Below are positions 38,901 to 52,439 of a stretch of 64,000 bases of DNA, piece after piece. The notes under the pieces are model-generated. The model searched no databases. It worked only from the letters and a program-made list of their open reading frames with translations, and was not told the DNA's origin. The stretch's first letter is position 1, and the number at the start of each line of letters is the position of its first letter. The DNA is taken from contig NC_045697.1 of NCBI RefSeq assembly GCF_009834535.1, positions 22,136,001 through 22,200,000 on the forward strand, written 5' to 3'. A program made the translations under genes and the position numbers. The DNA comes from Camelus ferus (taxonomy: Eukaryota).

Positions 38901-41900
38901 GAACAGCAAAATTAGATGGTTCAGAAAGTTTAAGAAAGTAATGAATTATCTACAATTTGATATAAGCATTGCTAACATTTTCCAAAAATGCCATTTATCA
39001 GATATTGCAATGATACAATAATATATGTTTAGCTTTTACCTTCAATTGTAGCTAATTTATGAGATTCAATAATGAGAATGACTATGTTTTTTAATTTTGC
39101 TCATAAATTGAGGGGCACTAAGAGGAGCATTTAGCAATATAAAGTTTATTTTAAGCCAAAAATTTGTTATAAATAACTGTGAGATTTCAAAGTAGTTTAC
39201 TCTAAGGAAATATGTGATATAAAAGCACTGTTAATAATTAAAATGATGAACTATTTTCAGGACTCATAAAGTTCATATGTCAAAGATATAAATTATTTTG
39301 TCTTATTAGATGAGTTATGTATTTTTAGGAAAAAAGGGAGAATTAAACATCAGAACTGATCATTGCTGAGCATTTAGGGGAAAAGAAAAACATAAACTAT
39401 ATTAAAGTGTTATGGGGTTTACTTTGGCATGGCTGTAGTATATATGAAAACATATTTTCTATAGTTGTATGAATATTATATTTATGAGTAAAATGGGTGT
39501 ATTACTTATTTATCCAGAAGTCTGATGGCATTTAACTGATTTTCAAGTGTTTTGGGGTTACTCTTGTGCCTAGTACCCTGGCACCTAAGAATTTACTTTG
39601 TTGATAATTAAACTTTTAGACACTTAAAACTACAAATGGAAGTTGCCTTTTATCTGAAATGTGTGCCTTCATTATTTTAGTAAGTGGTCATTTACTTATT
39701 TATCTCTTTTACTTTGAATAACTAATTGAGAGCTTTCATTTTATTTAGCACAAGTCCTAAATGAAAGGGGACATAGCCTTAATCAATGACTGATTGGCTG
39801 ACAGAGTAAAGCACTTACACTGAATTGTCATCTATTAAGCACTCACACTCAACTCTTACCTATTAAATTTTGATATAAAGTCTAACCGCTCCATGTTCTA
39901 TTTTCTCACCTGCAAAATAACATAGTCACATACATCAAGTTCCCAATAGTTCATGTAGTCATTATATGGATGGTTTCAAATAGAAACGGAGGGAGGAGGG
40001 AAGGATGGAAAGAAACATTTTCTACTGATTTATGAAAGGGTCAGTCCCTCAGTGCATTTGGAGATGCTCCATCCAAGTAGAGAAGACTTGGAGAGTGGAT
40101 ACAATTAGAATACTTAGCAGTTAAAAAATGAGTCTCTATGTAGCTGGATTTAGAGAAATGCTTTTAGGAATGAATTGGAGAATGAGAATTGGCTGCAGCT
40201 AGGTCACGTAATGGGGCACTGGGAGGAGTATGTATATAGAGACACTAGGAAGCCAGGCAGTTTATTAATGAGAAGAATGCTGCCCTGTAGCACTACTTCC
40301 TACTGCTAGCTGTAGGCAGAACTCCTTTGGCATGGCCACTTTTGGGGGATAATCTTCTAGAGAACTCTTGCAGAATGATAACAGAAAAGATCTGGCAAAG
40401 AAATTACTGGACAAGTTTCACTGTCAAGGTTAGAGGGACAGTCCTGACCTATGTGATTGCTTATTTCAGGATAAAAGCAGATGGATCGAGTGCAGAAAAT
40501 GTTGGGCTACAAATAATTTGCAAATGTAGATAAAATATATAAACAGGAGCCTGAAAATTGGGTGAGAACTGCTAATTCCTATAGCAGTTAGTTAAAATAT
40601 CATTTATCTTTCTCTGCATCTTGTTTTCTGTCCCAGGATTTTCTAGGTATTATTGATGAAAATCATCTTTGGCTGCTAAGGGGGCCTCCTTCATTTTTCA
40701 TGTGAACTTCAGTTACAGTCATATGATTTTTAAGTAATATAAGATGAGAAAATAACAGTAAGACCATACATGAGGCCAAAAAATATCTCTGCTGAGCTAA
40801 GGAAAAGGGAGATAAAATTTATTTTTTAAATGTTTTAATCTAAATAAGCTGAGATACCTCTCATTTTAAACACAGATTTTCTTTTTAAATTAGAGTTGAT
40901 TCCATTAAAAATTCTAGGTGACTGAAATATATGAACGAAGAGAAAGAAAGCATAGTTGTTATTTTACATTGAAATGAAAATATATGGATTTATAGGTGTT
41001 CTAGGTGGACTATTTCCTTTTAACAGATCTGCTCTTGCTATATGAATACAGTCATTTATTATTTCTTGGGAACATTTATAAAATATTTACTATATTCTTA
41101 ATAACACTTTTAAATTCATGTATTTTCATTCATATTTTATCTTATTCAAAAAATGACTTAAAGTGGCTTATAAAAATGCATTATAAAACCTTGACAACCA
41201 GTCATAGTTTTATTATAATTGAAACATATTGAAGTCTACCAAAAAAATACCTCCCCATACTTCATTCACGTGCTGTTTTTGTTATTTGAAAATGTCATCT
41301 TGGTGATTATTCACCTCACAGGAGTGTTGTCAATTGATACAGCAGACTGCACTTACATAAAACTCCTCTAGTGATCTCTTGACCTGGTACCATCTCATTG
41401 TTTTTACTGCCATCTTTCTGCCACAAACAGACCAAACCAACTCACCTGTTGGTGCAGATATAGATAAGCTGTCTATTGCTGCTTTGGTCAAACAGAACAT
41501 GCCCAGAGGCTGTTATCAGATTTTGACTTAGTAACTTTAAAACATTTCCTCTGACCTAACTAGTCTCCTTCAGTAACCTGTCTACCCACAGAGTACTGTT
41601 CTCCATTGTGGTAATCTACCTCTCCCTTTCAGTCAACACTCACATTTATTCAGTACACATCTTCTGAGCTTGATAGTAGGAACAACAGAATTCAGCCGAA
41701 CAAATGCACATTAGTTTATGAACCACTGGAGTTGGTCTTGGAGGAAGTGAACTATATGAGTTGAATTCCTTCTTGTTCGTGAAAGATTATTAAGATCCTA
41801 AAACAGGGATATCTGCAGTTTAAGAAATATTTAATAAACATATGTCTCTGTAATTGGTAGAAATTGACAGGAAGTATGACAAAATGATGGAGGAGATTTT

Positions 41901-42512
41901 CTGATATTGTAATAAGGGAGTTACACAGCACGGAAGATATATGCCAAGGGACATCAGCTGGACTAGTTCAGGTTGGGCTGCCTAAGTCATGACTTCCTTA
42001 AATTATTAGCCCTCAAACTATTAAAAAGCTGAAAGGTGTGTATGTATGTGTGTGTGCACCTGGACATGTGTATATTTCCAGTTGAAGTAGAAAGGTGGTC
42101 AGTTAAGTGTAGTCATTCTATGTAAGTTATTTATTCGAGTCTTGAGATTGACATGAGTCTTGATGTAATATTAGTATCTATCTCAGTAGTTGTTTGAATT
42201 GTTCATTATTTCTGCTGAAGTGGCAACAGCTCCACTGGGCTTCCACCACAAAGATAATAAGCCTGTAGACCAAGCTGTATTATCATTAGTGTTCTAATCA
42301 GCCAAGGTACTCTTACATTTCAGGAATATCCCAGTTATAGGAGGTAGGGCGAAAAATGCAGAAGAGAGATGCCTTGGTTTACTGTTGAAACCATCACATG
42401 GAACACAAACCTTGGCTATTGGTAGCTACAGTCAGGAAGATATGACAGGAAAAAATTCATTGATTCCTCTGGCTTTTGGTCTAAACCTAGTCAATCAAAA
42501 ATAAGTGTATCC

Positions 42513-42676
42513 ATAGCACAGGGAACTATATTCAATATCTTGTAGTAACTTACGGTGAAAAAGAATATAAAAATGAATATATGTATGTTCACGTATGACT
42601 GAAGCATTGTGCTGTACACCAGAAGTTGACACAACATTATAAACTGACTATACTTCAATAAAAAATATATATATAC
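42513..42676 (+). mobile_element. Short 5'-truncated LINE-1 3' end (camelid-type)
   Basis: tagcacagggaactatattcaatatcttgtagtaac...gcattgtgctgtacaccagaagttgacacaacattataaactgactatacttcaataaaaa. Imperfect flanking repeat aaaaataa(g/t)...tcca may be a TSD. Confidence 0.9.
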
Positions 42677-45600
42677 AAAAAATAATGTGTCCAAGAATAA
42701 AATATCATGCCATATGTTGAGTAAGCATATGTTTTGAGGCTTAAAACTCATTGGAGATTTTGTATTCCTCTCTAACTTTGATAAGTTGCTTTTCTTGGAT
42801 AATATTATTTTCTCAGCTATTGTATATATGCTTCCTCAATATTGGAGATCTCTAGATTATGAAGAAGTTTTCCCAGTTCTTGGTGATTGTTTAAGGCCAA
42901 ATATTGCATTGTTACATTATAATGCACCCTTATGAAAATAGTGGTAATTAATTTCATCTAACAATTAATAATAGTACAGAATACCTCTTTTGTGTCCAAA
43001 CCTGTGCTGGATGCTAGACTGAATTTACAGAATTTAATCTGTTGCTTATATTGTTTGTCTCCTTTTTTCTATTTCATTACAAATGGAGATGCTGGATATC
43101 CCTGCATTTTTCACAGTTCGTAGATAGTAACGTGGAATATACAGATGCAGGGCCTTTTAGAATTTATGATCCCTGGCAGATCTGAATAGAATGTCAGAAA
43201 GGAGAAAAGGAAAAAAACAGTGCAACCGAGCCAGCTACTCCTTTTTCTCATTTCCAAAATAATTTTTCAGGTCTAGGGAAATTTTTGACATGAGTTAAAA
43301 CCTTACTCAACTTTGTGAACCAGGCTTAATTCAGAAGATCACCCTGAGTCTTATAGATCATGACAGTATCAGAGGGGCCATATTTTTACATGTATAAACC
43401 ATTCCAGGACAATTTCTCCAGTATATTAGACACAGGCATATTATAATCTTTCAGTTTCAAACACTTATGTCTTATCTTGCTCCCTTGATGTATCTTCAGG
43501 AAATGCATGTCTTTTGGCTTTGTAAGAAATATTCTATTTTCAACTAACATTAAATTGTCTGCACATTATCTTATCCCAATAATGGTGAACATCAGAGTTC
43601 ATTTTCTTTGGGGAACATCTCACTCACAGCTTTTGTTTGCCATAGGGGAAATGACAGGGTGTATTAAGCTCCTTCGGTGGCAATAGTTATATTTATTTGG
43701 GGACTTTGTGCATTTCACTTCTCATATCTTTGCATATGCCAACCTCAGATGGACTTCTTTTCTTAACTGCCTGGGGGAGGCAGAAATAGCAGCAGAAGAG
43801 GTGCAGTTTCAGAGCTGAGGGCAACGAAAGGGTGGTACCAGGAGGACCAGTGTGTAATAGAACAAAGTGTGATTGTTCCGCATGCATTTGCCCTCGCTCA
43901 GGCAATTCATGCACAGACTAGAAAGTCCTTTCCCTTTTCCACATTTTTAGACAGACTGCTTAGTTTTGGGTTTTGTTTGTCTGTTTCTTAATGCCAATCC
44001 CAGCTGGAAAGTAGAGAGGCATCCTCTGTCCCATTGCTTAAAATTCCCTTTCAGGGAAAGTGAGCGATACTCAGAGTTGTTGCTCTAAGTTTTGCTTCAG
44101 TGCTTGTTTTTAATTCATATTTATGTCATGCTTTTTCACACAAAGGACTTGAGGCATTCTCTAGAATCCATAAGAAATGAATATATGCTAATTAGCTTAC
44201 ATCCAGTTATTTTCAACCCAACAACTCGTAGTCCCTGTTGGTTTGTACTGCAATGTGATCTGCAGCAGTCGTGTGTTGTATTTGGCAGGTGGTCTTTAAG
44301 ATACAATCATTTGTATTTTAATTATATATGAGTTTATGTAGAATAAGAAAACATGATAGCTGTTTTCTGCAATGGAAATTTATGTTTGATATTCCTGACT
44401 CACAACTGGGAGATGAAGTAATTTGGATCAGCCAAAGCATGCAGGTAGATGAACTGATTAAATAATGGTATCTCCATCATCCTAATTATATGGGATGACA
44501 TCTTTAAAATTGGTGGCTAATTTTTGGAGAAAACGTGAAATTTAATTTTTCCAGCCTTTTCAAAGTGCAACGAATCACTGTTATCAAAATAATGTTATTT
44601 TAAATGTGTTTGACCAGAATCTTTTATCAAGCCTCTGCTTTTTCCTGAAGCTATTCCTCTATAGATCACATGATAAGATATCAAATCACCTTTCACCAAT
44701 CATGCAGAGCAAAAGATCTTCAAAATTCTAAGCATTTATCCCTCAGGAGAGATCTTACTTCATGCTGTTGAATCATTCCATGCAAATTAGGTGTCTTCCT
44801 CACTCTACATCAGCACTGAAAGAAACTGAAGAAAAGAAAGTACCCAACTTGCCAGCTGGAGATAGTTGTGTTAAATATTTTACCCTTTTGTGCTCTTGCA
44901 TCTGTATCCTTCCATTAAAAACAAATCATCTTTGAAGTTTTATGGAACTTAAAGAAGAAAACATTTTTAAAGAGAAAAAAAGGTAATGTTTTCCTAAATT
45001 CAGATGTAGCCACAGCTAGGTTATTATGGATAATGTTCAAGCAATATCCAGACTGGATGGCCATTTTCCCCTAAATGTATTTCTATGGAGTGAAAGTATT
45101 TGTTTTTTCTCTTGGAATCTTCAAGGTAATTAATTTTCAGTGCACACGGCTGATTGAGGTGGATAACCTGGCCTCGTTAAACATGCACGCTGTTTCTGAC
45201 CATCAACATTATAACTCATCAGACTTTCCAAAGCAAGAGCTGTTTAAATCAAAGGATTTTCTCTGCGGATCCCTGACTGCTGCTGGCTAGATGTCAGAGC
45301 TTGGAAGCTACTCTCTAAGTAATTGTGAAGCACTGTTCTCCAATCAGCATACATTATTGCAGAGCAAGAACTACACTGGCTGAATTTCCATTGAAGTTTT
45401 AGCTCAGCCATTTGAACTTTGAGTCATACGTACTTAAATGTTTCTGCTGGATTAAAAGCCTGTTACCTTCTTCCCTTTCATGAGGGAAGCGTTCAGGACA
45501 AAACTACACCGTTTTGAGTTCTCGAATTACACACTGAGGATAACTGTCATTTCTTTAGCAACAGGATTTAATATCCATAAAGTGTTTCATTTTGGCCCCC

Positions 45601-45797
45601 CATATGAAAAGTATATAACTCTTAAAGGACAGAGGAAATCAGGGACCTTTGGATATAAGAGTAAAGGAAGAGAAATATATTTAGTAGTTTGGTGTGGTTT
45701 AGTCTTTATTTTTGTTTTTTTGAGGGGAGTGCAATCAATATGGATTGAGTAAGAAGGGAGATAAATATAGATACACATATAGGTATATAAACAGGCA

Positions 45798-45834
45798 TGT
45801 GTGTGTGTGTGTGTGTGTGTCTAGAGAGAGAGAG
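45798..45834. repeat. Compound (TG)11 + (AG)6 microsatellite
   Basis: Direct inspection. Confidence 0.9.
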
Positions 45835-47421
45835 TTTGCCTCCAACTTTCAAGGGTGGAATTAGGAAATCAAGTATAGAATCTTTATCAACTTTCACACA
45901 AAGTTTTCATACGATTAGTAGTTGAAAAAAGGAGAGGCACCCTATGTTGAGACTTGGCGATGTTACAAATAGGGGGCAAAAGGTCCCCAGAGACTATGAA
46001 TCAGATCACTATGAAAGCTGAAATAAAAGTTATCATAATTGCTTTCAAGGACACAATCCTATTATTCTTGTGAGAGAATATATTTTAGTAAGAAGAACAT
46101 CAAAATGGGAACTAAGAATCTCCATTTTAATCCTTCTTGGGAAATAAACCAGGCAATCTATCAGCCTCCTGACCCCTCAGTTGCCACATTGTGAAATTAG
46201 AGAATGGGGCTAAAGATTTCTAAAATCCCATCTAGTTTTTAAATTATTTTTTTCTATGTGCTAGATATTTTTAAATTAGCCAATATAAATAAAATGTGAA
46301 TATGTAAAGTAAAAAAAATTTATCATAAAAATAATGATTAATTTTAAGCTATTTTCAATTCACGTAAGGTTTGTGGCTAAAGAAGAATGTTGAATTACAA
46401 GAAGGGAAGTAATGACTGATGTTACAAAAAGAAAACAAAACCTAAGTCATAAACACAATTGATTTTTATCCTCTCGCTTTTTTGGTTTTGTTAGAATTGT
46501 AATTTCAGACGGTACTTTCAAAACTAGTCATAAAAGAGCCTAATAGCTAGCAATAGATATTTTCTAAAATTGGGCCAAATATAATTTCCTGCACATTTAT
46601 AATCAAGCAATTCTTATAGTTCATATTATTCTCTTTAATAGATAGTCTGCATATGATATCTTTCTGACCTCACTCTCTCTGTTTAAAATTATAGTTCATG
46701 CTTTTTCAGAAAAACTATAGAGACTGTGATGGACAGAAAATATAGACAATTGTATAAACCAAAGTACCCTGTAAACAGTGGAAAACACTGAGTCTCATAG
46801 AACTTTGTAAGATCCTAGGGCTATTCTTATATTGCTCTCTCTCATATGTATCTGTATGAGAGAGAAGAAAATATATATGAGAAAAAACATGTGTATGAGA
46901 GTGAAGTAAATATAAAATATAAATATGTACATAAACATACTTTTATATATAATATATACGCATATGTATTGTACTCAAACTGAGCCTTTTTACAATGATG
47001 CTGAAAATACATTAATAAATGTTAGTCTTCAGAACCAAGTGTATTGAATAGCATTTCCCCAAACACAAAAATCAAAGAACTTAAGAAATGAGGCACCCCT
47101 TCCCTCTGAATCTAAAACTTTAGATTCACATCTATAGAAGTTTCCCCAGTGGAAGGCCACCGGGGAGACATTTGTCCTGGAATCCAGGGAAGTGAGCGGG
47201 TGCAGCTGCGTTTTACACACCCTTCCTGGAGAGCCCAAATCCCTGCCCAGAGGAGCCCCAGGCTGGGCATCAGACTCTTGCCCTAGACCGAGGACCTGGT
47301 GAGTAAAGGAATGTCACCACGTGTGCTCCACTCACAACTTAGTGTCTCGGATTTAGATGGTCCCAATATATATTTGATGAATAAAGGTAGCTCCTGGATT
47401 TTATTAAAAATATGCCCTTAA

Positions 47422-47777
47422 GACCTAGAGATTATCATATTAAGTGAAGTAAGTCACACAGAGAAAGACAAATATCATATGATATGACTTATACGTGGAA
47501 TCTAAAAAAAAATATGATACAAATGAACTTATTTACAAACCAGAAACAGACTCACAGACATAGAAAACAGTCTATGGTTACACAGGGGAAAGGGGAGGGA
47601 AGGAAGGATAAATTAAAAGCTTGGGATTAGCAGATACACACTACTGTATAAAAACAGATAAACAACAAGGACCTACTGTATAGCACAGGGAGCTATATTC
47701 AATATCTTGTAATAACTTATAAGGGAAAAGAATCTGAAAAAGAATATATATACAGTCTACAATTCTATAATTTAAAA
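47422..47777 (+). mobile_element. 5'-truncated LINE-1 3' end with target-site duplication
   Basis: gacctagagattatcatattaagtgaagtaagtcacacagagaaagacaaatatc...aaggacctactgtatagcacaggg. Flanked by the direct repeat atgcccttaa at 47412-47421 and 47778-47787. Confidence 0.92.
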
Positions 47778-47844
47778 ATGCCCTTAAAAGCCAAATCAGA
47801 CCCAAGAAGGTTTTCTCTTTAAGTCACCATTGTTCCTCTTTTAC

Positions 47845-48095
47845 TTTATTTATTTTGCAAGTATTTGCTGAGTGGACCCTGTGTTCCAAGTACTATTTAG
47901 CTTCCAGGGAGGAAAAAGACTAACCATACGGCTCTGTACAAATTCAGGATTCAGTGGGAAGAAGAACATAAACATCAATAATAGAAAAAATGTGATCTTA
48001 AATGTATAGAAAGAATTACGGAGGAGTCCGAAAAAGACAGGGCAACCAGCTTCAGGTCAGAGTCAGAGACTTTTTGATGAGGGGAACACATAAGA
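47845..48095 (-). mobile_element. LINE-2 3' relic
   Basis: tttattttgcaagtatttgctgagtggaccctgtgttccaagtact resembles reverse-complement L2 tail. Confidence 0.55.
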
Positions 48096-49389
48096 AGAAT
48101 TTTTTTTTTTTTTGGCTTCTTTTCTACTTTAATCTCTTAACATAACCTGTAAACCCATGCTTTTCACACTTAATCTTGCACTTACATAATGGTGTATGTT
48201 TTGTTTTCCCTCAAAGAAAAATTTCGGTTTTTTAAACCAGGGATTTTGAAAGAGAAGTCAAGTTCACTTGCCAGTTATTTGGAATCCAGCTTTAGTAAAG
48301 GACTGACTAACAGTGATGAGTTTGTATTTCTCCATGTGAGGTAGAATGTCACTTGGACATTAAAATAATTCTCATTCAATGTCATAAAACTGAAGATGCC
48401 ATATAATAATCTCTAGTGACACAAAACAACTCAAAGTGTCTCAAGCATGCATGTGCCTGTATAGACTGTGTTTCCTTTGCCCTGTTACAGTTTTTCTCTC
48501 TTTTCTTTTTGGACAACTCCTATTTATGGATTAATGTCCACAAATATGATCTCTTTCCACGAACTTTTGTTAACAGCTTCAGGGTCCTGCATGAAACGAT
48601 CATCTCTCCTTCCCTGTCTGACATTTGGTATGCATCTCGGTCAGAGAATATTTGCTGAGAGCCTGTTTTGTTTAATGCACTGTGCCAGGAACAAAGAGTC
48701 ATTTCAGCTTTACAGACAGGGCTGTTTCAGGCCAGAATGCGGAGCATAGGCCGACTGGTTATTTACGGCCAGTGTCCATTCTGAAAGCCTCATGCCCTTG
48801 CTTTACCAGTCGGTTAAACGCTTTGAATGTTGCCCCTGTGCAGCACATAAAGAATCCCTGGGCATTTTAGATGTGCCATCCCTGTTTCTTTCCTTGAAAC
48901 TGTACCACTGCACCAATGTGGCAAATCCCTCGATGAGAAAGAAGTTTGGTTTTGTTTCACTTTTTTCTCAGAAGTCTCCCCAGAGGAGTGTCAATTCCTA
49001 TTCTATGAATCCATCAGGAACGGAAGGACACGTTGGAAAAGCAATTTAGGAGATATGTTGACAAACCCAAATGAGGCAGAGTATTTGTTCCATTCTTGTA
49101 TCTACAGGACTGACAAAATGAAAGGAGTGATGGAGGTGGTTGTCCAAATTTGCAAGCCATTTCTTACGCCTCTTTTTTAAATGCAAGTGTGACTTTTGAG
49201 TCTCATAGATCCAAGGCTGCTTGGGAAGAAAGGAGAAAGGAGTTAGAGAGGAGACATAAAGAGAGACGCAGAGAGAATACCTGTAGCTAAAAGCTCAGAA
49301 TGAAATACATGACTTTAAAAGTATCTTATCTCTCATCACAACACATGTGGAACAAAATTCAAAGTTTTTATTCTCTGGTTTTAAATAAC

Positions 49390-49800
49390 AATAGTGGTTA
49401 AAATTACAAGCCTCCCAGTCAAAGAGACTCATGTTCAAATCTCATCTGTATTTAGAGGCTGAGTGTTGAAGACACTTGAATGACCTCACTGAGCATCTCC
49501 TCCTGTAGATCATTTTTGCATGAATTAAAGAGATAACCATTGATTAGCAATCACTTCCAGCATGCTAGACTTTGCTGTCTGAATTATGTGTTAAGTTAAT
49601 TATCACAACAATCCTATTGTCCTCATTTTACCCATGAGGAAGTTGAGGCTTAGAGTTACTCACTTTGCCTCTTTTACCCATCAAATATTTTCACCCCAGT
49701 GGGCAGACCCCAGAGTCTGAACCCCACGTGCTCTGCTTCCCGCTGCATCTTGCCTGCTTCCTGCAAGCCGCGCCTGGCATAGTCATTGCTATATAAATAA
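49390..49800. mobile_element. Two MIR relics: a + strand copy apparently interrupted by a - strand copy (~49545-49740)
   Basis: atagtggttaaaattacaagcctcccagtcaaagagactcatgttcaaatc (MIR +); ctcattttacccatgaggaagttgaggcttagag (MIR -); cctggcatagt...gctatataaat (MIR + tail). Confidence 0.55.
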
Positions 49801-50496
49801 CGTTTTATTAATAACAATTTTGAAAGAGACCTATTATGCTCCCAGCATTTGATTGTAAATTACACAGTACAGAAGTGTGACAAAGTGGTAGTTGCTTTCT
49901 TCCCGGCACAAATAATATTTCATATGAGTTGAATGATACCTTTTAAATATCAGGCTTTTTTTTTTCCCCCTCCTCCTATCCCTTTTTGGAAGGCCAAAAG
50001 GAAAACACTGTTTTCTTTACTGCTTCAAGTATCCCCGGCAATCAATACTGCTTTACAGAACATGTTGCTAACTATTAACTATTTGTCAGATGGAAGAGGG
50101 TTTTAATATATTTTCTACAGCTACAGAGTGATAAATGAAATAGTGCATTGTCGTATAAGGTATTTCAGAGCCTAGATTTTTCAGACACTGTTCTGTGAAG
50201 ATGTGGAAGTCTGTTCATCTGCCGAAGCTCCAGGCTCCTCACATGTAAAGTGTAGAGTGAATTCAAATCCAGATGACATTTCTAGTTCTAAGGTCAATGA
50301 CCCTCTGATCTTGTAGGTAAAGTTCTAGGAAGGAATATTCCATGCACCTCAACAGGATAATTCAGGTTATGAAGATGTAGAGTCATCTACCTTTTAGAGT
50401 TATCAGATCCGCATCATTAGAAACACGTAAAAGAATTCCCTGCCAGAGGTGATGTAGATGGTCCAACTGTGTTCAGTTAAAAGGTAAACTATAGTC

Positions 50497-50897
50497 TTTT
50501 TTTTTTTTTTTTACTTTTTTTTCTGTTGAAGTATAGTCAATTTTTAATGTTGTGTTAATTTCCGGTGTACAGCATAGTGAGATATATAAATACATACTTT
50601 CCTCCTCGTATTCTTTTTCATTATAGGTCATTACAAGGTATTGAATAGAGTTCCCTGTGCTATACAGTAGGACCTTGTTGTTTATCTATTTTATTCATAG
50701 TAGTGTGTATCTACAAATCTCAAACTCCCAATTTATCCCTCCTCACCCCCTTTCCCCCGGTAACCATAAATTTGTTTTCTATGTCTGTGAGTCTGTCTCT
50801 GTTTTATAAATAAGTTCATATGTATCTTTTTTTTTTTAAAGATGCCACATATGAGTGATATCATACAGTATTTTTCTTTCTTCTTCTGGCTTACTTC
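50497..50897 (-). mobile_element. 5'-truncated LINE-1 3' end (cetartiodactyl-type)
   Basis: Poly-T, then ttgaagtatagtcaatt...gttccctgtgctatacagtaggaccttgttg...atgagtgatatcatacagtatttttctttc...ctggcttacttc. The ORF at 50733-50924 (EVSQKKKEKYCMISLICGI) is the degenerate L1 ORF2 C-terminus. Confidence 0.92.
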
Positions 50898-51021
50898 CTT
50901 TAAAGAGCATATGTTTCTGACCAAAGTTTTTCAAATTGCTTGTATAAACTAAATGCACATGTAGTCAGGGGAATATGAAGAAAGGACTAACAGCTTATAT
51001 CCAGGTTTCTTAATCTCAGGG

Positions 51022-51055
51022 AAACAAAACAAAACAAAACAAAACAAAACAAAAC
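51022..51055. repeat. (AAAAC)~7 repeat
   Basis: Direct inspection. Confidence 0.92.
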
Positions 51056-51249
51056 AACATCCCTAAGTAGGCTGAAACCAGGGCTCCAATTACTCTGCAA
51101 ATTCTGCCAGCAAAGCAGTAAGAAAATAAACCCAAACACCTGCTGTGTGTTTATGTAAATCAAGTTTAGGCAGGATTATTTCTCTAAAATGTCCCAGGTA
51201 ATTGTGGCTCAATAATTCCAGCTCCATTGGTAACTACTGTAAATTTGAT

Positions 51250-51382
51250 CAGGGCTTCTTAAAATATAGTCCTCGGAACATCTGCATTAGTCATCCTATT
51301 AAAACTGCAGATCCCTGGGCCCCCAGAATTTTGAATCAGAATCAACCTGGCTGTCTTTTCTCTTTTTAAACAAGCTTCCTCG
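51250..51382. mobile_element. MER5-like hAT-Charlie MITE
   Basis: cagggcttcttaaaatatagtcctcggaacatctgcattag...aaaactgcagatccctgggccccc...gaatcagaatc...ttttaaacaagcttcct matches the recalled MER5A layout. Confidence 0.7.
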
Positions 51383-52439
51383 TCAGTGTTTTTCAAACAT
51401 TTTTGACCAAGGTGCATAATGAGTGTTACACTTTAGGTCAATGTCTCCTTTTAATGATGGTCTTGTAGTAGCCACACTAAACATAAAAGTCACATGTGAT
51501 GAAAACAATAAGCTACAAAGATCTCGGAACAGAAAAAATATTGAGGTGACTTTATTTATAATTTGCTTAATATTTATGGAAAATCTAAGAAGCCCCAGTC
51601 TCTTAAGATAATAAATTTTAGTCATATCACTTTTTAAGATGAAAAGAAAAATCTTTTTATAACTAAAATAATTATCTCTTTAATTGTCAGGATTATTATT
51701 ATGGAAATGAAAAGTGTTCTGATTTTTCTTAATGTGAACACCAATATTTCACCTGCAGTTGCTAAAATTTGTGGGCTATTATGGTAACTTAACACTGTTT
51801 CTTTTGATATGAGTCTATCAACTGACTTGTTATATATATTTTTTTAGTTTTTAAAAAATTTTTTGTGTGTAGGTTAATTTTTTTCAGAAGCTATTTCCAT
51901 TCTAAATCTGTCCCACAGTTAAGATGGAGATTATGAAAGGTAAGTAGGGGGAGGCCACTGCTGTCTAGGAAATAAAGAAGTTTAATAACATGACCCATCA
52001 AAGTCCCTTCAAACTTGAAAATTCAGAGAGTCATTTTCTGATGTAAGTACATTCAACAGGTCCTCCAGTGAGCACACGACTCTTCCAAAGAGTGAGGTAA
52101 TCAAGACCATTATAATGCCCAACCTAATTTTGATGTAATTGTCCTCAACAGCACAAACAAATTATCTCTAAACCTCAGTTACACTTCACAGATCTTATTT
52201 TGCTCATAAAATCACTAGCCTCACCCACATCATCCCACACCCCAAGCTTTGTACCACCTAAGATGATGTATAATTACTTATGCACAATCTGGCTTGGTCC
52301 ATCCCAGCTGTGCCCCACCCCATAGAGATGGACTCACCTGACAATGTAAACTCACATTCATCCTCAAATGAACAAATGCTAAAATGTATCCCTCACCACC
52401 TTGTTGTCACTATGTTGGTTTTCTTCTAGTATAGACAGT

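Noticed and set aside
46836..46865. Perfect 11-bp hairpin (tctctctcata / tatgagagaga) as a possible small RNA
   Set aside because: Low-complexity dinucleotide arms and too short for a pre-miRNA.
48560..49035. Mild local CpG enrichment with several overlapping short ORFs
   Set aside because: Far below CpG-island density; no promoter or coding signature.
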